From the UHGV virus genome UHGV-1687506: a stretch of 20,101 bases of DNA. One strand, given 5' to 3'. Each line of letters starts with the position of its first letter. The stretch's first letter is position 1. The notes below the pieces were generated by a model. The model was not told the DNA's origin, did not search any database, and saw only the letters and a list, made by a program, of their open reading frames with translations. Source of the DNA: a virus. Of the stretch, positions 16,320 to 20,101 are shown one piece after another. A program made the translations under genes and the position numbers.

Positions 16320-17395
16320 ACGACAATGTCACGCTACGGGTAAATGGCCGGGAGTGGAATGGCTGGACATCGGTGCGCATCGGTGCCGGTATTGAACGGC
16401 TGGCGCGGGATTTCAGTGTGGAGATCACTCGCCAGTGGCCGGGAGATGAGGGTATCACCACGCTTCAGCCGCGCATTAAAAACGGTTCAAAAGTGGAAGT
16501 GCTGATTGGTGATGAGCTGGTGATCACCGGCTGGGTGGAGGCGACTCCCGTTCGTTACGATGCCCGTTCGGTCAGCACCGGTATTGCCGGACGTAGTCTG
16601 ACGGCTGACCTGATTGACTGTGCAGCCGAACCGACACAGTTTAACGGACGCTCGCTGGTGCAGATTGCGCAGGCGCTTGCTGCGCCTTTCGGCATTGAGG
16701 TGGTGAACAGCGGTGCGCCGTCGGGTGTTATTCCTGATGTTCAGCCTGATCACGGTGAAACGGTGATTGAGGTAATCAACAAAATACTCGGTCAGCAGCA
16801 GGCACTGGCTTACGACGACCCGCACGGCAGGCTGGTGATTGGCGGTATTGGCTCAACGCGGGCACATACTGCGCTGGTACTTGGGGAAAACATCCTTTCC
16901 TGCGATACGGAGAAGAGTATCCGGGAGCGATTTTCTGTTTACCAGGTGGCGGGGCAGCGTGCCGGAAACGACGATGATTTCGGTGAGGCCACCACCACCG
17001 CGCTGCGGGCCCGCACAGAGGACGCATTTATTGCCCGTTACCGTCCGATGTATATCAGGCAGACAGGGCAGGCTACGGGGGCAGGCTGTATTGCCCGTGC
17101 GGACTTTGAAGCCCGACAACGGGCGGCGCGGACGGATGAAACCACCTATGTGGTGCAGGGCTGGCGACAGGGTAACGGTACGCTGTGGCAGCCCAACCAG
17201 CGGGTGATTGTCTTTGATCCGGTCTGTGGTTTCGACAATACCGAACTGCTTGTTTCGGAAGTCACGTTTACTCAGGACCAGAACGGCACCCTGACGGAAA
17301 TCCGTGTCGGCCCACCTGATGCTTATCTGCCTGAACCCGAAGATCCCGGTGCGCGGAAAAAGAAAAAAGCCAGAGTACAGGAGGACCCGTTCTGA
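16316..17395 (+). CDS. Baseplate hub protein (Mu gpP / gp44-like)
   Basis: 359 aa, ATGA-coupled to the upstream gene, in the conserved position after the N-like gene. Confidence 0.8.
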   Translation: MNDNVTLRVNGREWNGWTSVRIGAGIERLARDFSVEITRQWPGDEGITTLQPRIKNGSKVEVLIGDELVITGWVEATPVRYDARSVSTGIAGRSLTADLIDCAAEPTQFNGRSLVQIAQALAAPFGIEVVNSGAPSGVIPDVQPDHGETVIEVINKILGQQQALAYDDPHGRLVIGGIGSTRAHTALVLGENILSCDTEKSIRERFSVYQVAGQRAGNDDDFGEATTTALRARTEDAFIARYRPMYIRQTGQATGAGCIARADFEARQRAARTDETTYVVQGWRQGNGTLWQPNQRVIVFDPVCGFDNTELLVSEVTFTQDQNGTLTEIRVGPPDAYLPEPEDPGARKKKKARVQEDPF

Positions 17396-17943
17396 TGAGG
17401 ACGATTGAAGCCATGCAGCGACAACTTCTCGGCCTGATTGGGCGGGCAGTGGTGAAAAGCATCAGTGCCGCCACGAAATGTCAGACCGTGGATGTGTCCC
17501 TGATTGCCGGTGAACCCAAAGCCGGGGTTGAACATCTTGAACCCTACGGTTTTACCGCAAGGGCAAACAGCGGTGCGGAAGCGGTGGTGTTGTTTCCGGA
17601 TGGCGACCGTTCTCATGCGGTGGTTGTTACGGTGTCGGACCGGCGCTACCGCCTGAAAGGGCTGCAGACGGGTGAGGTGGCTGTCTATGACGATCAGGGG
17701 CAGTCTGTGACGCTGACCCGGGAGGGGATCGTGGTGGACGGTGCAGGTAAAACGATCACGTTTCGCAATGCGCCCAGAGCACGTTTTGAAATGGACCTGG
17801 AAGTGACCGGACAGGTGAAAGACCTGTGCGACTCCGGCGGTACCACCATGTCAGCGATGCGGCTTGCCTATAACGGGCATCGTCACAGAGAGAACGGTCA
17901 GGGCAGTAACACCGACAAACCTGATAAAGCGATGGAGGCATGA
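17395..17943 (+). CDS. Baseplate spike / assembly protein V (Mu gp45-like)
   Basis: 182 aa, TGATG overlap with the upstream stop, conserved order. Confidence 0.8.
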   Translation: MRTIEAMQRQLLGLIGRAVVKSISAATKCQTVDVSLIAGEPKAGVEHLEPYGFTARANSGAEAVVLFPDGDRSHAVVVTVSDRRYRLKGLQTGEVAVYDDQGQSVTLTREGIVVDGAGKTITFRNAPRARFEMDLEVTGQVKDLCDSGGTTMSAMRLAYNGHRHRENGQGSNTDKPDKAMEA

Positions 17944-18342
17944 TGGAACTGTGGCTGACGGTGAACGGTAAACGCACCTGCGCCAGCGCAGAACTGGATC
18001 CGCTGACCCGCGCCGTGGTGATTTCCCTGTTTACCTGGCGGCGGGCGGAGCCTGATGACAACGCCGACGTCCCGATGGGATGGTGGGGGGATACCTGGCT
18101 CCCGACTGTGGCTGCTTCAGCGCAGCAAACTGACCAATCAGATGGTGCAGACGGTAAGGGGGTATATCCGCGAATGCCTGCAATGGATGATTGATGACGG
18201 CGTGGTGTCCCGTATTGATCTGGATATCCGCCGCACCGGGATTAATGAACTGGGTAACAGTATCACTCTCTGGCGTCGTGACGGACCGGTAACGATTTCT
18301 TTTGATGATCTGTGGAGTGCGATAACGCATGGCGGACAGTGA
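17940..18342 (+). pseudogene. Mu gp46-like baseplate protein interrupted by a frameshift at a G6 run (about 18085-18090)
   Basis: Track ORFs 17940..18194 and 18055..18342 are in different frames. The N-terminal half is plausible in the first (...PMGWWG) and the C-terminal half in the second (...[15 protein letters not shown]...[11 protein letters not shown]). The switch maps to TGGTGGGGGGAT. Confidence 0.7.
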
Positions 18343-19387
18343 ATTTCAGCGCCCGACGCTGGCAGAAAATATCAGTATGCTCCGAAACGATTTATTCGCC
18401 AGGCTGGACGTCAGCGACACGCTCCGGCGCATGGATGAAGACGTGCGGGCAAAGGTGTATGCGGCGGCGCTGCATACGGTTTACGGTTACATCGATTATC
18501 TGGCAATGAACATGCTGCCTGACCTGTGCGATGAGTCCTGGCTGGCGCGACATGCTGCGATGAAACGGTGTCCGCGCAAGGGGGCCACGGCTGCCAGCGG
18601 GTATATGCGCTGGGAAGGTGTCAGCGATGGCCTGAAGGTGACCGCCGGGAGTGTTATTCAGCGCGATGACCTGGTTCAGTACACGGCAACTGCCGATGCA
18701 ACCAGCTCCGGTGGTGTCCTGCGCGTGCCGATCGCCTGCTCAAGTGCAGGTGCGGTCGGTAACGCTGACGACGGTACGGCATTAATCCTGGTCACGCCGG
18801 TGAATGGTCTGCCGTCTTCCGGTGTGGCTGACACCCTTACAGGCGGATTTGATACTGAAGAGCTGGAAACGTGGCGCGCCCGCGTCATTGAGCGGTATTA
18901 CTGGACGCCTCAGGGCGGGGCTGACGGGGACTATGTCGTCTGGGCTAAAGAAGTGCCCGGCATTACCCGCGCATGGACATACCGTCACTGGATGGGAACG
19001 GGAACTGTCGGTGTGATGATTGCCAGCAGTGACCTGATTAATCCCATTCCGGAAGAATCAACGGAAACGGCAGCAAGACAACATATCGTGCCACTGGCCC
19101 CGGTGGCAGGCTCTGATTTGTATGTATTCAGGCCGGTGGCGCACAAAGTGGATTTTCATATCCGCGTGACGCCGGACACACCAGAAATACGAGCCGCCAT
19201 CACCGCGGAGTTGCGTTCGTTTCTTCTGCGTGATGGTTATCCGCAGGGAGAACTGAAGGTATCGCGTATCAGTGAGGCGATTTCCGGTGCGAACGGGGAA
19301 TACAGCCATCAGTTGCTTGCACCGGCAGACAATATCTCCATTGCGAAAAATGAACTGGCGGTTCTGGGAACGATTTCATGGACGTGA
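18329..19387 (+). CDS. Baseplate J-like wedge protein (Mu gp47-like)
   Basis: 352 aa in the conserved position; recognised as the Baseplate_J family. Confidence 0.85.
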   Translation: MADSEFQRPTLAENISMLRNDLFARLDVSDTLRRMDEDVRAKVYAAALHTVYGYIDYLAMNMLPDLCDESWLARHAAMKRCPRKGATAASGYMRWEGVSDGLKVTAGSVIQRDDLVQYTATADATSSGGVLRVPIACSSAGAVGNADDGTALILVTPVNGLPSSGVADTLTGGFDTEELETWRARVIERYYWTPQGGADGDYVVWAKEVPGITRAWTYRHWMGTGTVGVMIASSDLINPIPEESTETAARQHIVPLAPVAGSDLYVFRPVAHKVDFHIRVTPDTPEIRAAITAELRSFLLRDGYPQGELKVSRISEAISGANGEYSHQLLAPADNISIAKNELAVLGTISWT

Positions 19388-19962
19388 CAAACGATGATTA
19401 CATCCGTCTGTTGTCGGCACTGTTGCCACCCGGTCCGGCGTGGTCAGCCAGAGATCCGGCGATTGCCGGTGCGGCACAGTCATTAACCCGCGTTCATCAG
19501 CGTGCGGATGCCCTGATGCGGGAGCTGGATCCGCGCACCACCACTGAACTGATAAACCGCTGGGAGCGTCTGTGCGGTCTGCCGGATGAATGTATTCCAG
19601 CGGGAACGCAGACCCTTCGCCAGCGTCAGCAACGGCTGGATGCGAAGGTTAACCTGGCGGGCGGCATCAATGAGGATTTTTACCTTGCGCAGCTTGCTGC
19701 CCTGGGCAGACCAGATGCCACCATCACGCGATACGACAAAAGCACGTTCACCTGCTCATCGGCCTGTACTGACGCGGTGAATGCGCCGGAATGGCGGTAT
19801 TACTGGCAGGTCAATATGCCAGCTGCCACCAACACCACCTGGATGACATGTGGCGATCCCTGCGATTCCGCACTGCGTATCTGGGGGGACACCGTTATCG
19901 AGTGCGTGCTTAACAAACTCTGCCCGTCGCATACCTACGTAATTTTTAAATATCCGGAGTAA
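19378..19962 (+). CDS. Mu gp48-like tail protein (DUF2313 / YmfQ-like)
   Basis: 194 aa with a Cys-rich C-terminus, overlapping the end of the baseplate J gene; conserved order before the tail fibre. Confidence 0.8.
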   Translation: MDVTNDDYIRLLSALLPPGPAWSARDPAIAGAAQSLTRVHQRADALMRELDPRTTTELINRWERLCGLPDECIPAGTQTLRQRQQRLDAKVNLAGGINEDFYLAQLAALGRPDATITRYDKSTFTCSSACTDAVNAPEWRYYWQVNMPAATNTTWMTCGDPCDSALRIWGDTVIECVLNKLCPSHTYVIFKYPE

Positions 19963-19965
19963 TCC

Positions 19966-20101
19966 ATGCATCGTATAGACACGAAAACCGCGCAAAAGGA
20001 TAAGTTCGGCGCGGGTAAGAACGGTTTTACCCGTGGTAACCCCCAGACAGGCACGCCTGCCACCGATCTGGATGATGACTACTTTGACATGTTGCAGGAA
20101 G
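19966..20101 (+). CDS. Tail fibre protein, conserved N-terminal domain (3' end lies outside the window)
   Basis: The ATG at 19966 follows CCGGAG. The product MHRIDTKTAQKDKFGAGKNGFTRGNPQTGTPATDLDDDYFDMLQE is the conserved N-terminus of enterobacterial side tail fibre proteins. It is absent from the track because there is no stop in the window. Confidence 0.8.
   Translation, partial: MHRIDTKTAQKDKFGAGKNGFTRGNPQTGTPATDLDDDYFDMLQE

Noticed and set aside
15013-18342. Interpreting the two baseplate-gene frame breaks as programmed ribosomal frameshifts
   Set aside because: Neither junction has a canonical slippery heptamer in the right phase. One lies in a GC-rich stretch and the other in a G6 homopolymer, so indel mutation or sequencing error is the simpler explanation. 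They are reported as lesions, not as recoding sites.
1-20101. CRISPR arrays, tRNA or rRNA genes, IS elements or transposases, integrase or att sites
   Set aside because: I found no regularly spaced direct repeats, no cloverleaf-like tRNA candidates, and no transposase- or integrase-like ORFs. The window is the late structural and lysis region only; the prophage ends are outside it.
1-20101. A novel defence or anti-defence system hidden among the structural genes
   Set aside because: Every ORF of substantial size is accounted for by a canonical lysis, packaging, head or tail function in conserved order. The only unexplained coding capacity is two small ORFs (5399..5581 and 8720..8920) and the AT-rich spacer, and I see no sequence evidence for a multi-gene system.

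Overview
The window is a contiguous, almost entirely plus-strand late region of a temperate enterobacterial prophage with a mosaic build. It opens with the 3' end of a DNA methyltransferase gene and a lambda-type lysis cassette (holin, R endolysin, Rz with embedded Rz1), followed by the minus-strand bor lipoprotein moron. After an AT-rich spacer come an HNH endonuclease, a putative cos region, and an HK97-type packaging and head module (small and large terminase, portal, prohead protease, major capsid protein, connector proteins). The rest is a Mu-type contractile tail and baseplate module (sheath, tube, chaperone, tape measure, N-, P-, gp45-, gp46-, gp47-, gp48-like genes), ending in a truncated tail-fibre gene. 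This combination matches the SfV/e14-like prophage group as I recall it. I see no CRISPR array, tRNA, rRNA, transposase or recognisable defence system, and no clearly novel system. The points most worth a second look are a duplicated Rz 3' end, the HNH-cos-terminase junction, a candidate programmed -1 frameshift in the tail chaperone, and two frame-disrupted baseplate genes. Gene calls rest on the supplied ORF track plus my recollection of protein families; no database search was run. One hand-indexing check near 8720 disagreed with the track by 1 nt, so coordinates of small motifs I placed myself should be treated as accurate to about +/-2 nt.
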